A stretch of 57,804 bases of DNA from Octopus sinensis (GCF_006345805.1 NW_021835544.1:1-57804), one strand, 5' to 3'; counted from the first letter of the stretch, positions 1 through 13,032 are shown. Numbers and translations are program-made. The notes: generated by a model from the letters alone, not told the origin.

Positions 1-29
1 GCAAAGCTGCTCACGAATTTGTGCTGTGT

Positions 30-869
30 ATGAGAGGGTGCCATAACTGAAAAAACCGCTCGTGATTGGTACTATGCCAAGTTCAAAAATGGAAATTTTG
101 ACCTCAAAGACGCACCTCGTTCTAGCCGTCCAGTTGAGTTCGATGAAGAGCGATAACCACCTTTTGATTAAACCACTTTTGCAAATTCTCGTCAAACGAC
201 AAGGGAACTGGCAGAGAAAATGGACTGCTCCCACACTGCTATAGGGAAGCATCTTCACTCGATGGGAAAGGTTCAGAAATATGGAGCTTGGGTTCCGCAT
301 GCTTTAAGTGACAACAACAAAAATCAACGAGCCACAATCTCGTATGTTGTGCGTATGGTGGGGCTGGGAAGGGATTATCCCTTACGAATTGCTTGAACGG
401 AACCTAACGGTCAACAGATAGAACGACTCAACACGGCTATTCAAGAGAAAAGACCTGATCGGCAGCATGGAGTTCTTCTGCTGCACGACGACGCTCGCCC
501 TCATATCGCCAATATGACCAAGGAAACCAAAGGAAACCATTCAAACGCATGGCTGGGAAGTGCTGCCACACCCACCGTCCTCTCCTGATTTGGCACCAAC
601 GGATTTCCACCTCTTTCGATTTCTTTCAAATGCTATGCGCGGAGTTTCGTTCAATACTGATTCAGAATTGAGAACTTAGTTGGATCAATTTTTCGAGTCG
701 AAATCAGGTAATTTCTACCAACGAGGTATTGAAAATCTTGTTGAACGTTGGGAAGAAGTTGTAAACAACAAGGGTGAATACATTATTGATTAATTAGTTG
801 TTCTTTTTTATTAAACCTCTAAAAATTTTAATTTAAAAAAACGGCTGGGACTTAGCTGCCAACCTAATA
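30..869 (+). mobile_element. Degenerate mariner (Tc1/mariner) transposon, 3' portion with right TIR; frameshifted and internally deleted transposase
   Basis: Fragments across frames read NGNFDLKDAPRSSRPVEFDEE, GKVQKYGAWVPHAL (WVPHEL-like), LLLHDDARPH, EVLPHPPSSPDLAPTDFHLFR (YSPDLAP-like) and FYQRGIENLVERWEEVVNNKGEYIID* (~793). The element ends in a mariner-type TIR, ...gggacttagctgccaacctaata (~869). The 5' end is not seen in the window. Confidence 0.9.
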
Positions 870-1465
870 GTTATAAATATAAAAGGTTCAGAGAAGGGCT
901 GGCTCCCTAGACATGTGTAGCTGAAGACCACTGGTTTGTGACAATGCTCCGATGTCACACGAATCGATCCCCTCACCTATAGGCCTTCTGCCTGAATATT
1001 TAAGATTAGGCGAGCAGAAGACTAGCAGAATGAACGGATGAAACCGTAAGAAAGAAATGAGAAAACTCTGCTTTATCTATCCCAAGAAAAATTATGGACC
1101 TTCAGACTTTAGATGGAGAGACATGATTGTCGACCCCTGTAGGCATGGCACATGAGAAGATGTTGTTATTACTGTAGTTTAGCCCCCGAGTCTGTTTTAT
1201 AATATAAGGCTTTCCTGCCGTGACCTTCTCGTCTTTTTTTCTTATCTTTTTTGCAAAAGACAGGCCCACATTATCCGATGTAGGTCGTGCGATCACGTAG
1301 TGTGCCTCATTGACATAGTTTAATGTTTCCTAGAGATAAAAATTGTAAACCAAAATGCGAAGAATTTCACCAACGCAATTCTCTTCATCACGTGACAAGT
1401 GTGGGAGGAGAAAACATTTTCTGTTTTCTCTCTTCAAGATCTTCAGTCTCACAGACATGATTTTG

Positions 1466-1499
<34 letters not shown>

Positions 1500-1536
1500 T
1501 GTATGTATGTATGTATGTATGTATGTATGTCAGTCT

Positions 1537-1568
<32 letters not shown>

Positions 1569-1629
1569 TCTATATATATATATATAATGGCATCAAATGC
1601 AATAAATGAAAAACAGGACACAGGACACA

Positions 1630-1679
<50 letters not shown>

Positions 1680-1699
1680 ATATATATAGTATATATATA

Positions 1700-1731
<32 letters not shown>

Positions 1732-2049
1732 GCATATATATATGTGTATATATATATATATATATGAAAAACAAGTAAAAAATAGAAAATGCTAAATAAT
1801 TTTATAGTGAACATTTCAGTACCGGTTTCGGTCATTTTGAGACCTTTTCAACTGTAACGATTAAATAATTAAATTTAGAAAAATTAGAAGAAAAGTTCTT
1901 AAAAGAATATTTCTATAGTAGTGTTCAGATTTAAGTGGCATTCTGCTTTCTCGACTCCCTTGTTTGCACTTGTGTGTTCGAGGTAGTTGTGAGTTCTTGG
2001 TAGGGTAGTAGAGGGAAGGCTGGTGAGGAAAGGATATAGAAAAACTCAT

Positions 2050-3040
2050 AGAATTCCAGAAAATTTTAAACGGACTGACGTAAACTCCAATTCACGATGG
2101 AATATAGCCAACAACAACTCCCTTCCTCGATATCCTCATTAAGAAAGCTAATAATATAATAGAAACAGACATATACTATAAGCCTACAGACTCTAAGCAA
2201 TATCTTCCATTCAATTCATGCCACCCCAGACACACCAGGATGAATATCCCCTTCAATCTAGCAAAAAGGATATGCACTATAGTCTCTAACGCAAACACCA
2301 GAGACACACGACTACAAGAACTAAAAGATACCCTAATCACCAGGAACTATCCACCTTCACTTATTGACAAGTGCATTCAACGTGCCCTTCAACTTAACAT
2401 CAAGGAACTGAGACATCCCAAATCAAAGAAAAACTTACAACCAAAAGCCTTACCATACATCTCCACACACAACCCTCTCAATAACGAAGCCTTCGACACC
2501 ATCCTCCACAACATACCCCTCCTAAAAAAACCACAGAATGAACACAATCCTCCAAACACACACCGATCATAAAAAGCAAAAGACAGCCTAGATCCATGAA
2601 AAGTCTCCTTACACAAGCCCGAATTCACTCTTCAACACAGAAGCCGACAGTAAAAAATGTGGAAGACCCAATTGCGGGATATGCGACTATCTAATCGAGG
2701 GTTCTGAGTTCTCCTTCAAACAGGGACAACGGTTTACAGTGAAAAGCAACTTCACATGTGCTTCGGAGAACCTAATATACTCACTAACCTGCTCCGGGTG
2801 TCAAGAGCATTACATAGGCCCAACAAAAAATGGTTTGCGTAACGAATGGCCCTGCACAATCCCAGATAAAAATTCCCCAAAACAGAAAAATAGCTTTTAG
2901 CCAACACATAGATACTTGCGCCAACAAAAAAACACCCAAACTTCAGAATTTTCCCCCTCTACCAATTTAGGGACGATACAACCTCGAGACAAGAATAGTA
3001 AAGAAAATCTCTTTATTACAAAATACAAGCCACTTCTTAA
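2050..3040 (+). pseudogene. PLE reverse transcriptase C-terminus/thumb plus GIY-YIG endonuclease remnant (frameshifted)
   Basis: LPFLDILIKK..ETDIYYKPTDSKQYLPFNSCHPRHTRMNIPFNLAKRICTIVS (ORF 2240-2572), then KCGRPNCGICDYL...NLIYSLTCSGCQEHYIGPT (Cys-rich linker plus GIY-YIG). Confidence 0.85.
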
Positions 3041-3790
3041 CGGGTCTACGACAAACAATTAATATACCTCAACTTTAGAATAAAAGAAAAAAATATATAC
3101 ACACACACAATACTACACTCCATAGAATCCATTACTAATCAGCCCCTTCATACTATATTTACACCCATTCATATTCTCCCTTCTCTTTTTTTTTTCTTCT
3201 TCTTCTTCTTCTTCATCATCATCATCGTTTCATCATCATCGGCGTCATCATCATCGCCACCATCATCACCACCATCTTCTCCTTCTCCTCCTTCTTCTTC
3301 TCTCTCTCATCACCGTTATCATCATCATCATCGTCATAATCATCACCACCATCACCACATCATCTCTCCTTCTCCTTCTCCTTCTTCTTCTTCTTCTTCT
3401 TCTTCTCTTCTTCTTCTTCTTCTTTCTTTTCTTCTTTCTTCCTCCACCCCCTACCCCTTAAGTTTGTCACTAATGTTTTTTAGTATAACACCTACGCTAA
3501 TTCTATAAACAAGCCTGTCATATAAATATTCTCCTGAATTGAACTGAGACTGCCAGCCGCCACTGACCATTCAAAATACGACCATCAGGGCACTCCCAGA
3601 TTCTCCCACCCCCCTTTCCTCACCAGCCTTCCCTCTACTACCCTACCAAGAACTCACAACTACCTCGAACACACAAGTGCAAACAAGGGAGTCAGAGAAA
3701 GGCAGAATGCCACTTAAATCTGAACACTACTATAGAAATATTCTTTTAAGAAACTTTCTAATTTTTCTAAATTTAAGTATTTAATCGTTA

Positions 3791-3828
3791 CAGTTGAAAA
3801 GGTCTCAAAATGACCGAAACCGGTACTG
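3791..3828 (+). ncRNA. Minimal hammerhead ribozyme-like motif, U3-A8 core variant (identical inverted copy at 1817-1854, minus strand)
   Basis: cag-TTGAAAA-ggtc-tcaaaat-gacc-GAAA-CCGG-T-A-ctg: 3-bp stem I, 4-bp stem II, palindromic stem III (ACCGGT), GUA cleavage triplet. It lies in a PLE terminal repeat, where such ribozymes are known. Confidence 0.6.
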
Positions 3829-3949
3829 AAATGTTCACTATAAAATTATTTTAGCATTTTCTATTTTTTACTTGTTTTTTCATATATATCAACTCGTGTG
3901 TTCCTTTTCACACCGTTATACATATATATATATATAATATATATATATA

Positions 3950-3985
<36 letters not shown>

Positions 3986-4630
3986 ATGCCATTTAAAGGT
4001 GATGGTCACTTCCAATTTTTTTCCGATACCTTTTTGTTTTTGCTCTTGTAGTAGTAGTTGTTATTGTTATAATTCTTCTTCTTCTTCTTCTTCTTCTTCT
4101 TCTCTTCTTCCTCCTCCGTTCCACACAGCACTACCCCCCCCCCCCATACAAACCAAACGTTCTCTCTCCACCCCCGGCCACCCTGCCAGTCCTGTTTACC
4201 ACGTGACAAGTGTGAAAGAAGAAAACATGTTTTTGGGACGCGATCTTGTCAAACACATAATTTTTTATATATATATATTTTTTTAAGCCATGCCATTTGA
4301 AGGTGATGGTCACTTCGAATCTTCCGATAGCTTCTTCTTCTTGTTTCTAATCTTATAATTGTTCTTCTTGCTATTGTTGTTGTTGTTGTTGTTGCGGTAA
4401 TTCTTCCCCTCTTCCTCCTTCACCTTCCCCACCTCCTCCTGCTTCTTCTTTCCCACAACTCCGCCAGCTCTCCCCACACCCACCCCAATGCGAAACGCTA
4501 AATGTTTCAATGTTAGTTTGTTTTCTTGACCTATTTATGAGTTAAATAGGTCAACAGTTCGCAAAATATCAGATTAAAGTAAGCCAAAAATAAAGCATCT
4601 GTATGTATGTGTGCGTGAACACACACACAC

Positions 4631-4666
<36 letters not shown>

Positions 4667-4764
4667 GCAAGCAAATAGTCATCCACATGTGCATAGATGT
4701 ACATGTGTATGTGTGTGTGTGTATAATTACGAGCTAGTATACAAATGTATATATAAGTGTACCC

Positions 4765-4814
<50 letters not shown>

Positions 4815-4937
4815 GCGACTATGTCTATTGGAATTCGTAAATATTTAGATGTACATATAAGTGTATGTATATATACGCATGTATACACACACATACACAA
4901 CCGCATACATACATACGTATATATATATAATATACAT

Positions 4938-4976
<39 letters not shown>

Positions 4977-5615
4977 ATGTATGTATGTATGTATGTATGT
5001 ATATATCCATGCATATATATATACATATATATACACACACGAACCCACACATACACATACGATATGTGTGTGTTATCGTTTCTTTTCTTTTCTTTTTATA
5101 ATTATTCGAATTCTTCTTAGAAACAAGGATCCGGTTACTAACAAAAAAACACCAATCTCGATCTTCGGAATTTAGAGAACAACAACAACAATAGTGTAGG
5201 GTTAAATGTTCAACTAGCGAGCAGCCCCACATATTGTTAGTGTTTTCTTTACAAATTCCGTCCGATGATTGTGCGTTAGTTAAGCACTTTCTTCGTCCGA
5301 AGTCCGCAACTTGGTCTCGATTGTTTTTATAACAGGACCAATGTGCACCAAAATGGGCGCAGCTCTCAAACTGAAATTAGTTAAAGTGTTAAAGAGTTGT
5401 AAAAATAGACTTGAATCTACCATCAAGGTTTGGAACTTGTACGTTTCGAAACAAATTTTTTTCCAAATATTGTCTTTGCTTCCGGATTTTAAAAGAAAAT
5501 AAAAAGTTTAGATCTGCAGAATAACTTCCTAAGTTTTATTTGGTCATGTTAGGTTTCGAAGGAAAGTCTCTGCACAAAATATTCTTTTTGTTTCTGCTCT
5601 TAACTAATAATACTA

Positions 5616-6010
5616 TTTTACTTGTTTCAGTCATTTGACTGCGGCCATGCTGGAGCAACGCCTTTAGTCGAGCAAATCGACACCAGAACTTATTCTTTGT
5701 AAGCCTAATACTTATTCTACTGGACCCTTTTGCAGAACCGCTAGGTTACGGGGACGTAAACATACCAACATCGGCTGTCAAGCGATGTTGGGGAGACAAA
5801 CACAGACACACAAACACCCACACACACACACACACATATATATACATATATACGACGGGCTTCTTTCAGTTTCCGTCTACCAAATCCACTCACAAGGCTT
5901 TGGTCGGCCCGAGGCTATAGTAGAAGACACTTGCCCAAGGAGCCACGCAGTGGAACTGAACCCAGAACCATGTGATTGGTAAGCAAGCTAGTTATCACAC
6001 AGCCACTCCT
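5616..6010 (-). mobile_element. tRNA-derived SINE, family A (full-length, internal CA/TA microsatellite)
   Basis: The minus-strand head (aggagtggctgtgtgataa...) and tail (...cagtcaaatgactgaaacaagtaaaa) match many other copies in the window (18711, 34115, 39116, 43272). Confidence 0.85.
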
Positions 6011-6232
6011 GTGCCTATAATTACTATTACTAATAATATATATAAAGCTGACAATATTTTTGAAGCGAGTAGGCTGCGTGTGGTCATAGAGGACGGAATA
6101 CACAACCGGTGTAAGATCATAGATTTTGCAATTCTCTATGATAGAAGAACAGTTTCCAAAGAAATCAAAAAATTCAGAAATATTAGGACCTAGCCAGAGA
6201 GCTGAGGAGATTATTATTATTATTTTATTATT

Positions 6233-6435
6233 AAGGCAGCTAGCTGGATGAATCGTTAGCACGCTGGGCGAAATGCTTAGCGGTATTTGGCTCGTCGCTA
6301 CGTTCTGAGTTCAAATTCCGCCGTGATTGACTTTGCCTTTCTTCCCTTTCGGGGTCGATAAAATAAGTAGCAGTTGAACACTGGGATTGAAGTAATCGAC
6401 TCATCCCCACCTCCCCCAAGCTGCCCTTGTAGCAA
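6233..6435 (+). mobile_element. tRNA-derived SINE, family B
   Basis: aaggcagctagctggatgaatcgttagcacg...gttctgagttcaaattccgccg (B-box-like gagttcaaatt). Homologous to 13358, 18030 and 48275. Confidence 0.8.
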
Positions 6436-6451
6436 AAATTCTTCTTCTCCT

Positions 6452-6459
6452 TATTATTA

Positions 6460-6532
<73 letters not shown>

Positions 6533-6747
6533 CATCATTGAGTGAGAAATCAGTGCATGCCATCAAGGTGACACTAGGGTAACATATACGAAGCCCAGTA
6601 TACACATCATGACTACCCGTTACACACTGGGGTCGATGTAATCGACTAGCCCACTTCCCTCAAAATGTTCAAGGCCTTGTGTTTAGAGTAGAAATAATAA
6701 TAATAATAATAATGATAATAATAATATAATAATATAATAATAATAAC

Positions 6748-6789
<42 letters not shown>

Positions 6790-6799
6790 TAATAACAAC

Positions 6800-6846
<47 letters not shown>

Positions 6847-6949
6847 TAATAATAATAATAAAACAATAATAACAGCAATAATATATTAATAATAATAATA
6901 AAATAATAATAATGATAATATAATAATAATAATAATAATAATAATATAA

Positions 6950-6982
<33 letters not shown>

Positions 6983-6996
6983 CATTATTATTATTA

Positions 6997-7046
<50 letters not shown>
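6452..7046. repeat. (ATT)n/(AAT)n microsatellite block with orientation switches
   Basis: (ATT)n at 6452-6535, (AAT)n at ~6690-6950 and (ATT)n at ~6950-7046, read directly. Confidence 0.95.
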
Positions 7047-7047
<1 letters not shown>

Positions 7048-10016
7048 TATGTTTGACTTTTGCTTTACATTTGCACAACCTGGCTCCAAGTCTCACTCAG
7101 AGACATCGAGACAACAGGTTGGAAGTTCATGTTGGTGTTATGCCTAGGGTGCCATATATTTGGTTTTGTACATAGTGTTGTACTAGTGAATGCCTAAAAA
7201 AAACATACGAAAATTATGTTTGTTTTAAAACTTGAGATTACAAAGAAAGTATTTTGCGTAGGATATGAGCAGTTCCCATGAGCACTATCTTTTGAATTTC
7301 TGCTATTTTGGGGTTTCCTAGTATCTGAGTTAGGTAGCAATCAGCCCCTTTTGCTATCATTCCCAGGGCACCTATGATAACAGGTATTGTTTTAGTCTTC
7401 AGGTTCCACATTTTGCTGATTTCTATTTCCAAATCTTTATATTTGCTCAGTTTTTGGTAGGTCTTGACAGATACGTTTATATTGATTGGGACAGTCATAT
7501 CAATGCGGAGGCATGTTTTTTGTCTGAAGTATTTTACTATGATGTCTGGCCTATTCGCGTCTATCTTTCTGTCAGTTTGAATGGTGAAGTTCCAGAGAAG
7601 TGAAATGTGATCATTTTCAAGTACTGGAGGTGGTTTGTGTTCCCACCAGTTTTTATCATGGGGCAAGTCCAGGCTTTTGCAAATTACCCAGTGAATATAT
7701 TGAACAGCTCTATCATGCCTGTTGAGATACTCTGTAGGCGCTAGAAGATTGCACTTGGAGACAACATGATCAATGGTTTCATTTTGTTGTTGACATACAT
7801 GACATGTTGGGCTACTGCCGTTCTTTAATATGTTGGCCTGGTAGTTCCTTGTAGGTAGGCATTGATCTTGAGCTGCTATGATAAACCTTTCTGTTTCAGA
7901 TTTCAAGCCAGAGACCATTAGCCATTGATGGGTGAGGGCTTTGTCAACATCTGCATTATTCACTCTCTTTGGGTATTTACAATTGAGAGGTTTTTCTTGC
8001 CATTTATCATTCAGAATTTCTAAGGCAGCAGTTTTATCACGGATTTTCATGCCCTTGGCCTTTTCTGTGCTTGTTTCTTGTGTGTCTAATTCCGGAATTT
8101 GTTGTATTCGGAATTCACTTAGATATTCCTTTGCCTGCTTTGTTACTGAGTATAATGCTTTCTTGTTTTCATGTTTTGAGACAAGTTTTAACATCCAGTC
8201 CTCAGAGTTTTTCAGGTAGGTGTCTAGGCCAATTGTAGCAACCTTCATTGTTATTGCCAGTTGTAAAAGCCCACGGCCTCCCCCTTTTCTTGGTAGATAA
8301 AGTCGTTCTGTATCTGCCTTAGGGTGGTGCATTCTATGCATTGTCAACAGTTTTCGTATTTTTCTGTCAAGATTACATATTTCAGTAATTGACCAGTTAA
8401 CGATATTGAAACTGTAAGCCACGACTGGTATGGCTAATGCATTGATCGCTTCGATCCTGTTTCTCGCATTCAGCTCTGTCTTGAGTATTGCTCTTACTCT
8501 GCGATAACATTCTCTCCTGATCCTTTCCTTCATCATTGAATGCCTTATTCCATCCCCTTCAATTACCCCTAGGTACTTGTAGCTCTCCACTGGGTCTAGT
8601 TCTTTTATGACATTCTGCTGGTCGAGGTTAACGTTAGATGTTTCTGTCATTTTCCCTTTGATAAAAGTAGCTTTTGCACATCTATCGAGGCCAAATTGCA
8701 TTCTGATGTCACCGCTGAATTGTTTGACTATCGTTAGTAAGCCTTGAGTTTTTGGTCATTTTTTGCAAAGAGTTTAAATCATCCATGTAAATGAGATGAT
8801 TTATATTTTTATCAAACATTTTATATCCGTACTGTGCGTCATTGAGCAAATTTAAGAGAGGTATTAAGGCTAAACAAAAGAGGAGTGGTGATAGTTAGTC
8901 GCCCTGGAAAATGCCACATGAAATTTTTACATCACCAGCATTTAGGGATTCATTGTCACTGTTCAGAGTTAGTGTGGTTCTCCATGATCTCATACTTACA
9001 GTCAAGAAGTTTCGCAGAGTAGGTGCTATCTTACACATTTCCAGGCATTTCCTAATCCAGCTATGTGGTAGGCTATCAAAAGCCTTTTCATAGTCTATCC
9101 AGTTTATTGACAAGTTTTTGTGACAATCTTCTAAGATCATCTTATTGATGAGTAGCTGATCTTTACAACCATAGGATCCACATTGACATCTTTTCTATTC
9201 ATTAGGGAATATGCTGCTGTCTATTAAAAAACTATAGGTATATTCCGTTAGGACCGATGTTAGCGTTTTATACATAGTTGTTAAGCAGGTTATGGGTCTA
9301 TAGTTATTTGGTTCATTTGTTTCTTCACTTTTTGGGAGCAAGAATGTTAAACCATTAGCTAGCATTGTAAATTTCTGTTAGCAGTTCATGGCTCTCTGGG
9401 AAGACATTCAACCAGAAGTTAGGGCTTTTATCTTTTCCTGGAGACTTTCATTTGCTTGACCTCCTGAGAGCAGATCTTACATCTTCTACCTTGACACCCT
9501 CCCACTTTTGCTCCTCTAAGAAGTACAAGTCCGTAGCTATTCTATCAATCCAAGGGGCCTTTTCGTTGTGTTTTTTCTTCTGCCCAAATTTTATTCCAAA
9601 AACCGTGCACTTCGTCTTTTGATGGTAACTGGTGTTTTCCCTATCTTCCTGTAAAAAATTTGGGGGTTATTTTTGAACATGTTGTTGTCCTTGAAGAATC
9701 TGACACGCTTTTCATACCTCGCTATGCGGGCAGCTTTAGCAGATACCTTTTGCTTGATGGTTTCTATGGTGGCATCAATATCAAGTATAGTTTTCATATA
9801 TTTTTCCTTTAATTTTTCAGTTTTTGTAGGTTTGGTAGTCTTGTCAACCTTACGGTTTTTCAAATATTCAGTGTCAGACCTAAGTAGTTTAATTTGATGT
9901 TGGATACGCTCTTGCCAAGAAGGCTTTTTGTGGGAATGTTGCCGTTTTCTAATCTTTTCATCACATAGGATCGTTGAGATTTTCGCGGATGCATAGTACT
10001 GGTGGTTGAGATCTGT
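7047..10016 (-). mobile_element. Dong/R4-type non-LTR retrotransposon (RT plus C-terminal restriction-like endonuclease), 5'-truncated, frameshifted, embedded in (TAA)n
   Basis: RT motifs YRPITCL, WIDYEKAFDSLPH, GIFQGD/SLSPLLFCL, YMDDLKLF and YKYLGV. ORF 7238-8701 has LYLPRKGGGRGL, a CHVC..H..SKC knuckle, RHD and the RPDII..D..K RLE motif, ending GTAHILRKILSL. The 3' UTR is ~190 bp, with AAT repeats on both sides. Confidence 0.9.
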
Positions 10017-10018
10017 AA

Positions 10019-10049
<31 letters not shown>

Positions 10050-10059
10050 TCAACAACTA

Positions 10060-10206
10060 CAAGAAGAAGAAGAAAAGAAGAAGAAGAAGAAGAAAAGAAG
10101 AAGAGAGAAGAAGAAGAAAAGAAGAAGAAGAAGAAGAAGAAGAAGAGAAGAAGAAGAAGAAGAAGAAGAAGAAGAAGAAGAAGAAGAAGAAGAAGAAGAA
10201 GAAGAA
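10060..10206. repeat. (GAA)n microsatellite
   Basis: Read directly. Confidence 0.95.
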
Positions 10207-10559
10207 ATAACTATGTAAAAAGATAATTAATCATTAATTCGATAAAAAGTACCCATTCAACTAAACGGACACCAACGATTTGAGGTCCCTCATAGTCCCC
10301 TAATTATATAAATTACTCCCTAATCAAACGCACCAATCACTCAGCTAACCAGCCCCTAGGATTTAGGTGCTGCCAATGTCCAATGTGTGTCAGGTTGAAA
10401 TAAGTTCGTTTCCAAACAAGGTGTATATTTACGAAGGGATTATCGCGTTTTTATCTGGATCTTATTTAATCCATCATGGCGTCGTTTTAGTTTTTAAATA
10501 GTAATATATAATATTACTATGTAGAGTAGCGAATGATAAAAAGAAAGAAATACAATCAG

Positions 10560-10726
10560 TGTATAGACAAAACGAAAACATACATATATACATATGCATA
10601 TATACATACAGGCACACGTGCACACACACATAAATATGTACATATGTAAACATGTATATATATATATGTCTATATATATATGTATATATATGTGTGTATA
10701 TATATATATATATGTATATGTATATA

Positions 10727-10764
<38 letters not shown>

Positions 10765-10884
10765 TATACATATATATGTCAATATACATGTTATATATAT
10801 TGTATATATATATGCATATATATATGTATATATAGATATACATATATATGTCTCTCTATATATATGTATATATATGTATATATG

Positions 10885-10956
<72 letters not shown>

Positions 10957-11020
10957 TATACAAATGTATATATAGATATGTACATGTGTATTTGTATATA
11001 TATATATATATATATATATG
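10560..11020. repeat. (TA)n-rich low-complexity tract
   Basis: Read directly; source of the spurious IY-repeat ORFs. Confidence 0.95.
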
Positions 11021-11159
11021 TAAAATGAGGGAAAGACAGTAATCATAGGCAATAAACATCTAGACGTGTAGATACATATATGAGAATATATGCATTACGT
11101 GCGTGTGTGGCCACTGCTTACCCTGCTGAACTGGCCCTCGATAAAGATAGCGCTGTGTA

Positions 11160-12439
11160 CGAGGGGCGTTCAATAAGTAATGCCCCTGACCCACTTCCTA
11201 TAGCAGTAGAGCAACGAAACTTGGAACAGTTATTACATAGGAACCACCCAGAGTTATGCATTTCTCCCATCGTTTGATGCAGCTCTGAAGACCGTTTTTG
11301 TAGAAGACACCAGCTTGGTCCTCCAACCACGACGTGACTTCAGAAATCAAGGCTGCCTCATCTGGGAAACGCTTTCCTTTCAAAAACAACTCCATGGCTG
11401 GGAAGAGGTGAAAATCAGAGGGTGCAAGGTCAGAAGAGTAGGGGGGATGGGGGAGGAGTTCATAGCCGCACTCCTGTGCTTCTGATCTGGCGACACGCGA
11501 GTTGTGAATCGGAGCGTTGTCCTGCAGGAGGAAGATGCCTTTGCTGATCTTGCCCCGCCTCTTGATTTTGATAGCTTCTCTTAATTTCCTCAAAAGTGAA
11601 GCATAATAGACTCCTGTAATTGTGGCACCCTTTGCCAGGAAATCTGTCTTCACTACTCCGTCCTGGTCCCAGAAGACTGTAAGCATGACCTTGCCAGCGG
11701 AGGGCTGCACCCTTGCCTTCTTTGGAGGGGGTGAGTCACGGTGCTTCCACTGCATTGACTGGGCTTTGGTCTCTGGATCATAGTGATGGACCCAGGTTTT
11801 ATCCTATGCAATCAGTCTTTTGAAAAATTTTAACTCATCTTCTTGGCACATCTCCAAATTCATCCTCGAGCAATCGACGCGTTCTTGCTTCTGGAAAGGC
11901 GTGAGCAACCTGGGAATTCATCTGGCAGACACCTTTTGCATATGCAAATGGTCATGAATGATAGTTTCCACAGACTCGGTACTAATCTTGACCTCATGGG
12001 CTATTTGGCGAATAGTTATGCGTCGATCTTCCAAAATGGCAGCCTCAACTTGACAGACAGATGCCTCATCAATGGCAGAAGGGGCGACCAGATCTGGGAG
12101 CTGTTTCCACAGAGTTCCGACCATGTTTGAATTCACGATGCCAGCGTTTTACAAGGTCATATGATGGGGCATCATCACCATAAGTTACTTTCATTTCATC
12201 AAAAGTCTTCCGTGGTGTGCGTCCTTTCAAATACAAAAACCGGATCCCTGCTCGACACTCAACATGCTCCATTTCACACTTGACTCAGTTCAAACACCTG
12301 TAAATCGGAAACCACAATGAGTTCAGAGCTGTAGTTTGCCACTTAATCTATAGAGATATAAATAATTGCACATGCAAAATTTCAGCTAGATCAATCAACT
12401 GCAAGTGGGTCAGGAGCATTACTTATTGAACGTCCCTCG
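11160..12439 (-). mobile_element. Full-length mariner transposon (1280 bp), irritans/Hsmar2-like TIR, inactivated D,D34D transposase
   Basis: 37-bp TIRs CGAGGGGCGTTCAATAAGTAATGCCCCTGACCCACTT with 2 mismatches between ends, and TA on both flanks (11158-59, 12440-41). The transposase runs from 12272 (MEHVECRAGIRFLYLKG..PRSGRP) to ~11230, with QDNAP...YSSDLAPSDF giving 34 residues between the catalytic Asp residues. It has frameshifts and stops. Confidence 0.95.
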
Positions 12440-12487
12440 TAAGTTCAAATCATTTGAGCGCTATCAAGTGTTTTCTAATCTGTTGAT

Positions 12488-12561
<74 letters not shown>

Positions 12562-12862
12562 GGGGAAGAGAGGTGTAGATACAAGTATACATACATGGAT
12601 GCTTAAGAATATGCAATCACATCTGCATATGAATTTAGCGACAAGAGGAAACAGTACTCATTACACAAGGTAGAGTATAATTCCATAAAGACATGTGAGT
12701 TTCGGGAGAAATCCTTCACTCTTAATATCGTCTCCCTCTTTTATTCACAGTCGCCACATTTGTCCTTTTAATTTCAATAAATTTAGAATTTATTTTGTAC
12801 AGCATTTGATGCAAAATGCTGATATTAAGTGGAAGTCTCCACGGAAAAAGGAACTGCGACAG

Positions 12863-12872
12863 GAGTCATTTC

Positions 12873-12918
<46 letters not shown>

Positions 12919-12923
12919 TGATG

Positions 12924-12978
<55 letters not shown>

Positions 12979-12991
12979 CAATAATAATAAT

Positions 12992-13024
<33 letters not shown>

Positions 13025-13032
13025 AATAATAA
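12863..13032. repeat. (AAT)n/(AAC)n microsatellite
   Basis: Read directly. Confidence 0.95.

Larger units (their letters stand above)
1766..3881 (+). mobile_element. Penelope-like element (PLE), 5'-truncated, bounded by an inverted ~268 bp terminal repeat
   Basis: 1766-2033 is the near-exact reverse complement of 3613-3881. The interior encodes PLE RT C-terminus and GIY-YIG remnants, and both repeat copies carry a hammerhead-like motif. Confidence 0.85.

Noticed and set aside
880-1330. Possible degraded LINE fragment (DNVGLSF) and a CTGAAGA..GAAT motif
   Set aside because: The similarity is too short and hammerhead stem I does not pair.
10474-11059. Many ORFs rich in IY, CV, HT, YVCM or poly-N/I (also at 16-17, 19, 45-46 and 48-49 kb)
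   Set aside because: These are di-, tri- and tetranucleotide microsatellite artefacts.
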